In this document: piece by piece, positions 47,550 to 57,028 of the stretch
Layout: each line of letters begins with the position of its first letter
Numbering within the stretch: the stretch's first letter is position 1
Source: an uncultured Eubacteriales bacterium
GTDB taxonomy: Bacteria; Bacillota; Clostridia; Peptostreptococcales; Anaerovoracaceae
NCBI GenBank assembly: GCA_900315895.1
Contig: ONAY01000002.1
Location: forward strand, 7,165-71,164
DNA length: 64,000 nucleotides
Direction of reading: 5' to 3'
Made by a program: the position numbers and the translations under genes
The notes under the pieces: model-generated
The model's input: only the letters and a program-made list of their open reading frames with translations
What the model was told of the DNA's origin: nothing
Database searches by the model: none

Positions 47550-49148
47550 TCACCTCATCATAGCAAAATTCTTTTTGTTGGCCTTGTAAAGGTTCTTAAA
47601 CACTTCAAAGTTTCTGTCATATATCTCCTTTGAAGAGCTATCCGGTTCGAAGGTCTTAACTGCAGGTATCATATCATCCGCATCTTCCACTGAGCCTATA
47701 AGCCCCAGGCCCACCGCACAGAGCACTGCAGCTCCCATGGACCCTACGTTCTGAGGCTCATCGCAGACTTCAACCCTTCTTCCGGTTATATCCGCCAGGA
47801 TCCTGCAGGTGGCATCGGACAGAGCCCCTCCCCCGCAGAACCTTATGACAGGTGATGTCTCGATCTTTTTGTCCTCGCACTCCAGCATCCATCTGAGATG
47901 ATAACATATTCCCTCTGTTACCGCTCTAAGCATTTCAGTCTTACCTGTATCCAGGGTTATGCCGAAGAATATCCCCTTTGAATCAGGATCCTCAAAGGGA
48001 CAGCGATTGCCGTGAAGCCAGGGGGTGAATATGACCCCGCCTGCTCCCGGAGGTGCGCTGAGGATGACTTCAGACATGTAGTCATAGAGGCTGGAATAAA
48101 CTTTCTCACGATTCTCAGGGCCTTCAGAGCAGACGTCCTTCTTATCCAGATAGATACCTATCTCATCCAGAGCCAGATGATCCTTGACCCATTCCAGACA
48201 CTTGCCGGCCGTCTCCATCTCCGCAAAATACAAGTAATTGTGCTTCGATGCTCCAACTATGGCCGCTATCATGGAAGTGGCGTCCACTGTCTGCTTCTCG
48301 CAGACCGTGCCCACCCAGCCGGATGTGCCGGCATACATGTGAGTCTTGCCAAGACCGGCTGCTCCCGTACCTATTCCTATGAGGGAAGCGTCGCCCCCTC
48401 CTCCGAATACAGGAGTACCCGGTTCAAGTCCAAGTTCCAAAGCCTGCTTTTTTCTGAGCGGCCCTACTATATCCGTGCTCTCGATTATTTCAGGAAGGTG
48501 GGCCTCATCGATGCCAAAGGTCTCGCAAAGTTCAGTGCTCCATCCCTCCTTGCCGTCTCTTGTGCAGTAGAGCATAGTTGAAAAGGCGCTGTCGCGAGTC
48601 ATGACAGCTCTTCCTGTCATTCTCATTATAAGGTATTCCTTGACATCAAGCCACTTATATATTTTGCTGTAGACCTCAGGTTCGTTGTCCTTCACCCAGA
48701 GGTATTTCCACTGGGGATCCTTGACGCTTCCTGAGACCGCCCCTGTAAGGGACAGTGACCTGAGAAGCTTAAGAGCATTCATTCCTTCCACCTTAAGGCC
48801 GGTCCTGATCCCCTTGTTTATCTGTTCCGTAGCCCTCTGATCCATGTAGCTCATGGCCGGTCTCAGAGCATTGCCTTCCCTGTCCACAAGGACCAGTCCC
48901 TGCATCTGCGAACAGAAGGATATTCCCGAGATCTCCTTTGTATCTATTCCGGTGTGGGCCAGAAGATCGCCGGTGCTTTTGACCATGGCATCCCACCATT
49001 CATCGGGATCCTGCTCGGCGCCGCCGTTTGGCAATGTGCGAAGCCCGTAACCGTAAGAGCTTCCATATATCATCTTTATACCATCGCGCCACTGATAAAG
49101 GCATGTCTTGATGCCTGTGGTCCCCACGTCATAAGATAAAAAATACAT
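47550..49148 (-). CDS. FGGY-family carbohydrate kinase
   Basis: LSYDVGTTGIKTCLY N-terminal phosphate-1 motif, GGGDASLIGIG, CGGGALSD. Confidence 0.88.
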   Translation of the reverse strand: MYFLSYDVGTTGIKTCLYQWRDGIKMIYGSSYGYGLRTLPNGGAEQDPDEWWDAMVKSTGDLLAHTGIDTKEISGISFCSQMQGLVLVDREGNALRPAMSYMDQRATEQINKGIRTGLKVEGMNALKLLRSLSLTGAVSGSVKDPQWKYLWVKDNEPEVYSKIYKWLDVKEYLIMRMTGRAVMTRDSAFSTMLYCTRDGKEGWSTELCETFGIDEAHLPEIIESTDIVGPLRKKQALELGLEPGTPVFGGGGDASLIGIGTGAAGLGKTHMYAGTSGWVGTVCEKQTVDATSMIAAIVGASKHNYLYFAEMETAGKCLEWVKDHLALDEIGIYLDKKDVCSEGPENREKVYSSLYDYMSEVILSAPPGAGGVIFTPWLHGNRCPFEDPDSKGIFFGITLDTGKTEMLRAVTEGICYHLRWMLECEDKKIETSPVIRFCGGGALSDATCRILADITGRRVEVCDEPQNVGSMGAAVLCAVGLGLIGSVEDADDMIPAVKTFEPDSSSKEIYDRNFEVFKNLYKANKKNFAMMR

Positions 49149-49151
49149 AAA

Positions 49152-49778
49152 TCACTCCCCCATTCCGAAGGCACCCCGGACGAACTTAAGGATCTGTTCC
49201 TTGAGCTCAGCGTCTGACGGATCATGCCCCAGATAAAGTCTCATCCTCTCCTCATAGTATTTCGAGCTGAGGCTGAAATTTATCATCATAAGTATGTCAT
49301 CGAAGAGCAGCGCAAAAAACTTAGGGTCCATATCCTCCCTTACGAGCCCTGCTCTGACCCCATCCTCCAGAAAGCTCACATAAAGCTTCGAAGAGCTGCC
49401 TTCTATCCTGGAAGACAGTTTAACAGCTTCTTCGCTGTTCTGAGTAAGGGTTATCTGATGGTACAGTCTGAAGTATTCGGGATGCTCTCTGGATGCGATC
49501 ACCGCCAGTTCAACCAGCCGTTCAAGACCGTCTTCCAGACCAATTGTGGTGGAACCCAGCCTGGTGTAAACATCCTCAAGATAGTCCATACAGTGCTCCA
49601 GGCAGGCATTGAACAAGGCTTCCTTGTCTTCGTAATACTTGTATATCACTCCCGCTGAAAGCCCTGCAGAACGGGCTATGGAAGTTATCTTAGCCCTTCC
49701 ATAGCCCTGTTCGCCGAATTCCTCTATGGCACAGGTAAGGATCATGTTCCTCTGTTCTTCAGTGAGTTTCTTTAACAT
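49152..49778 (-). CDS. TetR/AcrR-family transcriptional regulator
   Basis: HTH region ILTCAIEEFGEQGYGRAKITSIARSAGLSAGVIYKYYEDKEALF. Overlaps the upstream aldolase gene by 20 nt. Confidence 0.88.
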   Translation of the reverse strand: MLKKLTEEQRNMILTCAIEEFGEQGYGRAKITSIARSAGLSAGVIYKYYEDKEALFNACLEHCMDYLEDVYTRLGSTTIGLEDGLERLVELAVIASREHPEYFRLYHQITLTQNSEEAVKLSSRIEGSSSKLYVSFLEDGVRAGLVREDMDPKFFALLFDDILMMINFSLSSKYYEERMRLYLGHDPSDAELKEQILKFVRGAFGMGE

Positions 49779-50805
49779 TTCCCTTATCCTTCTGCTTGGA
49801 ATACTTATTTACATAGATATAGTGTTCAAGGGAGGCCTGAGCCGGGCTCAGCGCTCTGATACCCTTTTTAAGGCCCAGATCCGCCGCCTGACACTGTTTT
49901 TCCAGAAGTATGGCTATTGCCTCGGCCTCTTCTCTGTCAGGGGCTGTAACGAAGGCTCCTTCGCCCTTCACAAGAGTGGCAGAACGCTTTCCTCTGAAGC
50001 TCCTGGGGATTATGAATTTTTTGCGCCCCATAACATCCTTGCATCTTATGACGGATCCCACCATCTGGGCCATGTCTTCGATGTATATGGGAAGGTCCTT
50101 ACCTCTCAAACTCATTTCCATTACGAAGGGGGTCTTGACCTGGATAACGTGAGTCGCGCTGTCTTTTCCGCCGAAACATCCCTTGTACAGTGTATTGTTT
50201 TTGAGGTTGTAGGGACGGATCTTGTCCCCGGTGCGCCTCTCGAATAACTTTCCTGCAGTCTTTTCCAGTTCCCTTGTGACCGCCATGGCTTCCTCAAAAG
50301 ATCCGCCGAAGCAAAGTGTTCCGTGGTAAGGAAGGAGCATCGCCTTGACCTTGGGATATTTCTTAAGAGAAGCGCTCACATTCTTTACCAGCTTATCTGT
50401 GGAGGTCATGGCGTATCTTGACGTAGGGATCACTCCACCGGGAAGATCGCTTTCAAGACGTGTGATCTTGATGTCCTCCTGAAGGATGCTGATGGAAGAT
50501 GCGTTTACGGAGTGGGCATGGATGACGAATTCAGCCTCCGGCCTAAGACCATATACTGCCGCATGAACGCCCTTCTCGCTGGAAGGTTTTATGTCTCCCT
50601 CGTAGGAACAATCCTTGATCCTGACCTCCACCAGATCTTCCGGTGTCAGGCTGTCGTAGGCTCTTCCCGAGGGTGTGATAAGAAAGCTGTCCTCTGAGAT
50701 CCTGGCGGAGATGTTCCCCCAGGTCCTGGCGATGAGGCCTTCCTCTATAAGCTTAAGTCCTGCATCGATGACCAGTCTCGATGCCTCTTCTTTTGTATAT
50801 GCCAT
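49759..50805 (-). CDS. Class II aldolase/adducin-family protein, two-domain
   Basis: N-terminal domain has GNISARI, SSEKGVHAAVY, HAHS and PYHG (Glu plus 3 His metal set). The C-terminal half (about 150 aa) is aldolase-like but lacks these residues. ATG at 50805 follows AGGAGGA. Confidence 0.8.
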   Translation of the reverse strand: MAYTKEEASRLVIDAGLKLIEEGLIARTWGNISARISEDSFLITPSGRAYDSLTPEDLVEVRIKDCSYEGDIKPSSEKGVHAAVYGLRPEAEFVIHAHSVNASSISILQEDIKITRLESDLPGGVIPTSRYAMTSTDKLVKNVSASLKKYPKVKAMLLPYHGTLCFGGSFEEAMAVTRELEKTAGKLFERRTGDKIRPYNLKNNTLYKGCFGGKDSATHVIQVKTPFVMEMSLRGKDLPIYIEDMAQMVGSVIRCKDVMGRKKFIIPRSFRGKRSATLVKGEGAFVTAPDREEAEAIAILLEKQCQAADLGLKKGIRALSPAQASLEHYIYVNKYSKQKDKGNVKETH

Positions 50806-50822
50806 CTCGTCCTCCTTATGGA

Positions 50823-52304
50823 TCAGTCCAGTCTGCCGCACTTCGAGAATACTCTGTCGAATCTGGCAATGACATCATCGATCATTTCCTCATTGTAGGC
50901 TGCCGATGTATAAAGTCTGGAGCCTGCCAGGGTCACGATACCCTCTGCCATGTATGCGGCTCCGATGTGTTCCATCTCGATCTGACGTCTGCCTGTCTGC
51001 TTCAGAACTTCAGGAAGCTTCCAGGGCTTGGACCAGTCGATGGAATAGTGCATGGTGCCCACCGTATCCACGTGGCAGATGGATCCCTGATTGAATACTA
51101 CGAATGGCAGTTCGTATTTTTCAACGGACTGTTTGATGCCGGCCACCAGTCTGTCTGCCATTCTGCCGGCCTTCTCGCAGGCATTGGTCTTCTCGATCTC
51201 GCAGATGGTGTAGTATCCTGCGCAGCTGGAGATAGGTGTGGCTGCCATGGTGCCTCCGCAGAGAGCTTTTTTGATCTTCTTGCCGGATGAATCAAGGCCG
51301 GCGCCCAGATGCTGCATGCAGTCTCTGTGTCCGCCCAGGCCGCCTGCTCCCGGGTATCCTCCTGCAATGACCTTTCCGAAAACTGTGAGGTCCGGATCCA
51401 CTCCGAAATAACCCTGGGCTCCTGCTGTACCAATACGGAATCCTGTAACCACTTCATCGAAGATGAGAAGTGCCCCGTACTTGTGAGCCAGCTCCTCGCA
51501 GCCTCTTATGAACTCTCTGGAAACCGGCCAGGTGCCGCTCTCAGGTCCCACAGGCTCAACGTAGACTGCAGCTGTGCCGCCTCTTAACTTATTCCTTTTT
51601 AACTTCCTCTCCAGATCATCCAGATCATTGGGGAAGAATTCGTCTGTATGACCGAATACGTAGGACGGTATTCCTCTTGACTGGAGTCCCTTGGTTCCCG
51701 GGATCCTGATGCCGTAGGCCAGCTGATCGGACCAACCGTGATAGGCTCCGCCCATCTTGAGAACATTGAGGTGACCGGTCTTGAGCCTTGCCACCCTCAG
51801 GGCGCACATGCAGGCTTCTGTGCCGGAGCCCAGCATCCTGAACATCTCCACTGAAGGAACCAGTTCGGATATCTTAGCGGCCAACTTGTATTCATACTCA
51901 TGGAAAAGTCCAGTGGATGGTCCGCATGTGTTGAGCAGGTCTATTACCTGTTCCCTTACAACATCCGGATTGCTCCCCAGCACCGTCGGTCCTCCTGCCT
52001 GAAGGAGATCGTAATACTCGTTTCCGTCGATATCGTAAAGCTTGGCATCCTTTGCCTTAGTAATAACTATGGGGAACGGATAATTGAAGGCCAGATTGTG
52101 CTGGACTCCTCCGGGTATTATCTCCCTAGCCTCTGTTATTCTCTCCTTGGAACCTGCGCATTTCTTCTCAAAATACTCAGAAACGTACTCTTCAAGTGCC
52201 TCCGGCTTGATACCGTAGACCGGAAGCTGGATGAGAGCATCCAGTTTTCTGTTTATGATATCTGCATCGGGATACTTATCGATCGCAAATCCGTTATAAG
52301 CCAT
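50823..52304 (-). CDS. Class-III PLP-dependent aminotransferase/aminomutase (GSA-aminomutase-like, long form)
   Basis: GSGTEACMCALRVAR, FDEVVTGFRIG, PLP-Lys in TVFGKVIAGGYP. ATG at 52304 follows GGAGGA. Confidence 0.85.
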   Translation of the reverse strand: MAYNGFAIDKYPDADIINRKLDALIQLPVYGIKPEALEEYVSEYFEKKCAGSKERITEAREIIPGGVQHNLAFNYPFPIVITKAKDAKLYDIDGNEYYDLLQAGGPTVLGSNPDVVREQVIDLLNTCGPSTGLFHEYEYKLAAKISELVPSVEMFRMLGSGTEACMCALRVARLKTGHLNVLKMGGAYHGWSDQLAYGIRIPGTKGLQSRGIPSYVFGHTDEFFPNDLDDLERKLKRNKLRGGTAAVYVEPVGPESGTWPVSREFIRGCEELAHKYGALLIFDEVVTGFRIGTAGAQGYFGVDPDLTVFGKVIAGGYPGAGGLGGHRDCMQHLGAGLDSSGKKIKKALCGGTMAATPISSCAGYYTICEIEKTNACEKAGRMADRLVAGIKQSVEKYELPFVVFNQGSICHVDTVGTMHYSIDWSKPWKLPEVLKQTGRRQIEMEHIGAAYMAEGIVTLAGSRLYTSAAYNEEMIDDVIARFDRVFSKCGRLD

Positions 52305-52348
52305 AAATGTCCTCCTGTAACTTATGGAAAATATTTGATATTCATCTC

Positions 52349-52364
52349 GTGAATTTAGATTCAC
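52349..52364 (-). promoter_or_regulatory. Perfect palindrome GTGAAT-N4-ATTCAC, candidate TetR operator
   Basis: 16-bp inverted repeat about 12-27 nt downstream of the -10 element, that is, over the expected transcription start. Confidence 0.5.
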
Positions 52365-52375
52365 ATCTTGCCTTA

Positions 52376-52404
52376 ATTCTATCGCTTTATCTTAATAAAG
52401 TCAA
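52376..52404 (-). promoter_or_regulatory. Promoter of the aminotransferase-aldolase-tetR-kinase-ADH-gtrA operon
   Basis: Minus strand TTGACT-17 nt-TAGAAT. Confidence 0.6.
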
Positions 52405-52417
52405 TATGCTCCCCTCA

Positions 52418-52456
52418 AAAAATGCAAAAAAGAGGCCTTCCTTTCGGAAAGCCTCC
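52418..52456 (-). terminator. Intrinsic terminator after the S9 peptidase gene
   Basis: GAGGCUUUCC-GAAA-GGAAGGCCUC (10 bp) followed by UUUUUUGCAUUUUUUG. Confidence 0.85.
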
Positions 52457-52471
52457 GGCAGATTTTTTGCG

Positions 52472-54451
52472 CTATTTCGTGTATTTATCGAACCAGCCTG
52501 TGATCTCGTTCAATCTTCTCAGCTTGTGGTGTGGTTTACCTGTTCTTGACAGTTCGTGGTTCTCACCATGGAAGACAACCATCTTGGCTGGAACTCCCTT
52601 GTATACCAGAGCCGTGAACAGCTGGTATCCCTCCTCTATGGGACATCTGTGGTCCTCGTCAGAATGGATGAACAGAGTGGGTGTCTTGGCATTGTTCACG
52701 TACTTTAAGGGTGAAACGTCCCACATCTGCTTGATGCCCTTTTCACTGTAAGGATCAGTATTGCAGGTCTCGCCGCAGGCGATGGGCGGAATATCACTTA
52801 CTCCATACATGGTCACCCAGTTAGAGATGCTCCTCTGAGTGGCAATGGCGCAGAAACGGTCGGTGTGTCCCATGATCCAGTTGGACATGTACCCGCCGTA
52901 GGATCCGCCTGTGCAGCAGACGCGCTTGGTATCTATCGCAGGATACTTATCGAGGACATTGTCCACGAATGCCATGATGTGCTCATAGTCAATGCCGCCC
53001 CATCTCATATCCAGGCTGGCGTAGGCGTTACCCTTGCCGTTGGAGCCGTGAGGATTGCAATACATGACCACATAGCCCTTATTTACCCAATACTGCATCT
53101 CGTGGAAATAGATGGTTCCGTAGGCGCACTTGGGTCCGCCGTGAATATCAAGGATGGCAGGATATTTTCCGTTTTCATCGAAATCCTCCGGAAGAAGCAC
53201 CCATCCGTCCACGGTCTCTTCGCCCACCTGGGTCTTGAGAGCCTTGGGCTTTGCCACATAGCAGTCCTTGAAAACTTCCCTGTTCCAGGATGTCACCCTG
53301 CGGGTCCTTGCCCCATCCTTGATGAATACTTCCGGAAGGTCCTGACCGAACATTCCCATGAATACCACATTGTCCCCGAAGACGTCATAATCATTTACGG
53401 AGCCTTCCTTGGAGATGACGGTCTCGATCTTGCCGTCAAGGCCTACTCTCTTAAGGACGCAGCGGTCTCTTACGAGGGACGGGAAGTACATATACTTTCC
53501 TTCAGTCTTTATGAAACGGGTCCCGCCGTATTCAATGTCACCGATGATGCCGGCCTCAATATTGTCATCGGCCTCGCATATGACCTTAAGTTCACCGGTC
53601 TTGAGGTCAAGGGTATAGAACCAGGGATCCTGATTATCTCCCCACTTCTTCCCGTCGGTACCGCAGATCATCAGCTTTCCATCAACAAGGCCAATGTCAT
53701 AGACCATGAGCATGGGCTTTAAGATTCTCTCGACCTTGAGGGTCTCAAGATCCAGATGATAGATCCCTTCAAACTTCGGCATTTTGGCCCTGAAGGAAAC
53801 TCCTGAGAAGTAGACATCTTTTCCATTAACCACAAGGTTCCCTATGTCCATATACTTTTCGGTGAGCCTTTTAAGCTTGCCGTTAGCCTTGCTGTAGAGG
53901 TAAAGTGAAGTTCTTCTTCCTGATATGAAACCCACCCCGTTGGCGAAGAACGGGGACTGAGTCAGGACCTCGTAATCTTTCTCATCTTTGAGAGTCTCCA
54001 GTACAGCCTTCCTCTTTTCTCCTTCCATGAGGTAGAGGTCAGGATAGTCCACGAGAGTCTCAGCCTTTAACAGCATGTCACCGTTTCCAAGGAACTTTAT
54101 ATCCTCGACGTTCAAGGGAAGCTCGTAAGCCTTCTCAGCCTCTCCGCCATTGAGAGGAAGCCTGTAGAGGACCGTCTTGATGTCCTTCGGTTCCTCGTCA
54201 TCTTTGTCCTTTCCCCTCTCAGACGCAAAAAGAATGTGATCGTTATCCTCAAAATAGAACTGGCCCACTTTGCCATCGTTGATCATGGCCTTGTCATCCT
54301 TGCCCTGGATCAGCCTCAGGTTGGATTCATAGCCCTTTTTGTCCTCCGATACGTTGCTTATTACGTAGGCTATCTTGCTGCCGTCCGGTGAATATGTCAG
54401 TGAAGACAGATACTTGACCTTCATAAAATCGTCGACTTGGATCTTTTGCAT
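52472..54451 (-). CDS. S9-family serine peptidase (beta-propeller + alpha/beta hydrolase; acylaminoacyl or dipeptidyl peptidase-like)
   Basis: Nucleophile elbow GGSYGGYM, FIHSDEDHRCP (Asp), FHGENHEL (His). Confidence 0.9.
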   Translation of the reverse strand: MQKIQVDDFMKVKYLSSLTYSPDGSKIAYVISNVSEDKKGYESNLRLIQGKDDKAMINDGKVGQFYFEDNDHILFASERGKDKDDEEPKDIKTVLYRLPLNGGEAEKAYELPLNVEDIKFLGNGDMLLKAETLVDYPDLYLMEGEKRKAVLETLKDEKDYEVLTQSPFFANGVGFISGRRTSLYLYSKANGKLKRLTEKYMDIGNLVVNGKDVYFSGVSFRAKMPKFEGIYHLDLETLKVERILKPMLMVYDIGLVDGKLMICGTDGKKWGDNQDPWFYTLDLKTGELKVICEADDNIEAGIIGDIEYGGTRFIKTEGKYMYFPSLVRDRCVLKRVGLDGKIETVISKEGSVNDYDVFGDNVVFMGMFGQDLPEVFIKDGARTRRVTSWNREVFKDCYVAKPKALKTQVGEETVDGWVLLPEDFDENGKYPAILDIHGGPKCAYGTIYFHEMQYWVNKGYVVMYCNPHGSNGKGNAYASLDMRWGGIDYEHIMAFVDNVLDKYPAIDTKRVCCTGGSYGGYMSNWIMGHTDRFCAIATQRSISNWVTMYGVSDIPPIACGETCNTDPYSEKGIKQMWDVSPLKYVNNAKTPTLFIHSDEDHRCPIEEGYQLFTALVYKGVPAKMVVFHGENHELSRTGKPHHKLRRLNEITGWFDKYTK

Positions 54452-54525
54452 GACTTCTCCCTTCTGTATACGAAATATCAGTTGCCTCGATTATATATCT
54501 TTTGCGCAAAAAACGCGACTCCTTT

Positions 54526-54558
54526 ATAAAAAACAGGCCGTCCCTTAAGGAACGGCCC
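54526..54558 (-). terminator. Intrinsic terminator after the glycyl radical enzyme gene
   Basis: GGCCGUUCC-UUAA-GGGACGGCC (9 bp) followed by UGUUUUUUAU. Confidence 0.88.
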
Positions 54559-54569
54559 TTAGATCTGAT

Positions 54570-56954
54570 TTATTTGTTGCTTTCAGGCTCAAAGTGAGCT
54601 GTACGGTAGATGATGGTGTCCTGTGCGCTCTTGTCAAGTTCTGTGAAGTAGGCCATGTAACCTGCCACACGTACCATAAGACCTTTGTGCCTTTCCGGAT
54701 TGATCTGAGCATCCTTAAGAGTATCTGTGTCAACAACGTTGATCTGGATGTGCTCGCCACCCTCCTTGAAGAAGGTCTTGATGACTCCCTCGATGTTGGC
54801 AAGTCCTCTTTCTCCCTGAACTCCTCTGGGGTCGAAGCGGAGGTTGAATAAAGCTCCGTCATGGAAGGCGCTCTGATCCATGGCTGCTACGGACTTAACT
54901 GTAGCTGTAGGACCGCTAACGTCTCTTCCCATCATGGGTGAAGCGTTGTCGCAGAAGGGTTCGCCCTTCTTACGTCCGTCGGGAGTTGCACCTGTCACCA
55001 GACCGTGGGATACGTTTACTGTCTGAGAGTGAACGTTGAAGGAATACCATCCTCCTCTGGCATCAGGCCACTTCTGAACGTTATCGGCGATGAAGTGCAT
55101 CATCTCACGGTAGATGCCGTCAACGTACTCGTTGTCGTTACCGAACTTAGGCGGCTTGTTCAGAAGAAGCTGACGTATACGCTCCTGACCTTCGAAGTTG
55201 TTATCGCAGGCCCGGATAAGCTCGTCCATGGTGATGTCCTTATCCTTGAAGACGCAGGTGTCGATGGCTGCGATGGAGTCAGCAAGGTTAGCAGCACCTG
55301 TGATGTAAAGTCCGGCTGTGGTGTACTTGGCTCCTCCGTGCTGAACTGAACGTCCGCTTTCAACGCAGCCCTTGGTAAGCATACCTGCGAAAATCACCGG
55401 ATACCTGGTCTGGTGCATGCTCTGCATGACGTTGTATCCGTCACATACCATTCTGTAGTGATGAAGGATCTGCTTCTTAAGAGCAGTCTTAAGGTCCTCA
55501 ACATCCTTGAATTCTCTGGGATCTCCTGTCTTAAGGCCCATGAGTTTGCCTGTATCCGGGTCCACGCCGTTATGAAGTACGAACTCGACCATCTTGCCCA
55601 TGTTGACATAGCCTGCGTCAGGAGAACCATCGGTGGATCCGCCGCCGGGACCAGGCTGGATGCAGCCTACTATGGTCCAGTCGCGAGCTTCTTCAATGGT
55701 GCAGCCCTTTCCAAGAGCCATCTTTATAGCTGTGTTGTCGTTGAAGAATCCCGGGTTGGCCTGTCCATCCTGGATCATCTCGCAACCTTTCCTGATAAGG
55801 TCTTCAGGTGTGCCGTCCCATACTCTGACAGCCATAACGGGCTGAGTGGTCTTGAGCTGATTTGCAGCTTCAAGGCAGAGGTAGGAAAGCTCGTTGGTAG
55901 CATCCTTACCATCCGGAGTCTGGCCGCCTACAACAAGGATCTCCCACATGGGGTATCCTGCAAAGGAAGTAGCATACCAGCGGTCACGGACTTCGAATAC
56001 TTCACAAGCTTTAAGGTAGAAGCACTGAAGCATTTCAAGAGCTTCTTCCTGGGTGATGTTCTTTTCGTCGATGACATCCTTCTTATAGTACGGCCACATG
56101 TACTGGTCGAATCTGCCGAATCCATTGGCTGTCGTGCACACTTCGATGTGGAAGTAAACGTGGGCGAACCAGATCATCTGAAGAGCCTGCCAGAATGTCT
56201 TAGGAGGATTCTCAGGAACCACTCTGCAGTTCTCTGCGATCATGAGCAGTTCTTTCTTTCTCTTCTCGTCGGTGCATTCCGCAGCCTGACGTTCAGCCTC
56301 ATCAGCCATTCTGTGGGCATATGTGATCAGGCCCTGGCACTGAATAATGCAGGCCTGCCAGAAGTTCTTCTTCTCTTCGTCAAGCTGACACTTGGGATAC
56401 AACGCATCGATGTTTCTCTGGCACTCTTCCATATATCCTTTGAGTCCTACGGTGAGAAGTTTCTCATGGTCGCAGGTGGTCTCACCGGATACTCCGTTGG
56501 TGAGGCCAACTGTGATTATGTCATCCTCCATGCACTCAACAGTGTGCTTGGGAAGTGCGGACTTGGCGATATCCTGCATGGCCTTTCCTTCCCAATAAGG
56601 CAGGCACTCAAGGATCTTCTCTCTGTCCTCAGGTGAGACATCGTAGGGGTCCTTAGTTCTTACCGGGAACTCGTCAAGTTCTTCAAGATAGAATTTGGTG
56701 CTGGACTGAAATTCCGGATGAAGATTGGCTCCTAAAAATTTATTGGTAGGTGTGCCTACCACGAGTTCGTCTTCCATGATGAGTGTTGTCATGTGCTCCA
56801 TGATGTAGTTGACGACCTTGGCACGGAAGATGGGCACAGCCTCTCCTGCGAATTTTTTATATGCTTCAGTCTGAAGCACTAACCTTTCAGAAGTGATGCA
56901 GGGTCTTGAATCCCAAAGTTTGTTGCGCATTTTCTGAAGACGTTCATTAAGCAT
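54570..56954 (-). CDS. Glycyl radical enzyme, PFL2/glycerol-dehydratase-like family, substrate unknown
   Basis: Glycyl radical motif LMVRVAGYMAYFTEL near the C-terminus. Cys loop WTIVGCIQPGPGG (Cys codon 55662-55664, Gln codon 55656-55658). ATG at 56954 follows GGGAGGA. Confidence 0.95.
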   Translation of the reverse strand: MLNERLQKMRNKLWDSRPCITSERLVLQTEAYKKFAGEAVPIFRAKVVNYIMEHMTTLIMEDELVVGTPTNKFLGANLHPEFQSSTKFYLEELDEFPVRTKDPYDVSPEDREKILECLPYWEGKAMQDIAKSALPKHTVECMEDDIITVGLTNGVSGETTCDHEKLLTVGLKGYMEECQRNIDALYPKCQLDEEKKNFWQACIIQCQGLITYAHRMADEAERQAAECTDEKRKKELLMIAENCRVVPENPPKTFWQALQMIWFAHVYFHIEVCTTANGFGRFDQYMWPYYKKDVIDEKNITQEEALEMLQCFYLKACEVFEVRDRWYATSFAGYPMWEILVVGGQTPDGKDATNELSYLCLEAANQLKTTQPVMAVRVWDGTPEDLIRKGCEMIQDGQANPGFFNDNTAIKMALGKGCTIEEARDWTIVGCIQPGPGGGSTDGSPDAGYVNMGKMVEFVLHNGVDPDTGKLMGLKTGDPREFKDVEDLKTALKKQILHHYRMVCDGYNVMQSMHQTRYPVIFAGMLTKGCVESGRSVQHGGAKYTTAGLYITGAANLADSIAAIDTCVFKDKDITMDELIRACDNNFEGQERIRQLLLNKPPKFGNDNEYVDGIYREMMHFIADNVQKWPDARGGWYSFNVHSQTVNVSHGLVTGATPDGRKKGEPFCDNASPMMGRDVSGPTATVKSVAAMDQSAFHDGALFNLRFDPRGVQGERGLANIEGVIKTFFKEGGEHIQINVVDTDTLKDAQINPERHKGLMVRVAGYMAYFTELDKSAQDTIIYRTAHFEPESNK

Positions 56955-57028
56955 TTTAGTTCCTCCCATTATTCGATCTGTGACCGACATAAATATATAG
57001 AGTGTTAAAATCTCATTATTGCAGCTTT

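Noticed and set aside
52865-53722. 285-aa plus-strand ORF
   Set aside because: It is antisense to the S9 peptidase and has no motif support.
55413-56636. 407-aa plus-strand ORF
   Set aside because: It is entirely antisense to the glycyl radical enzyme gene, has no recognisable motif and no RBS I could see. This is a typical shadow ORF of a long, well-supported gene.
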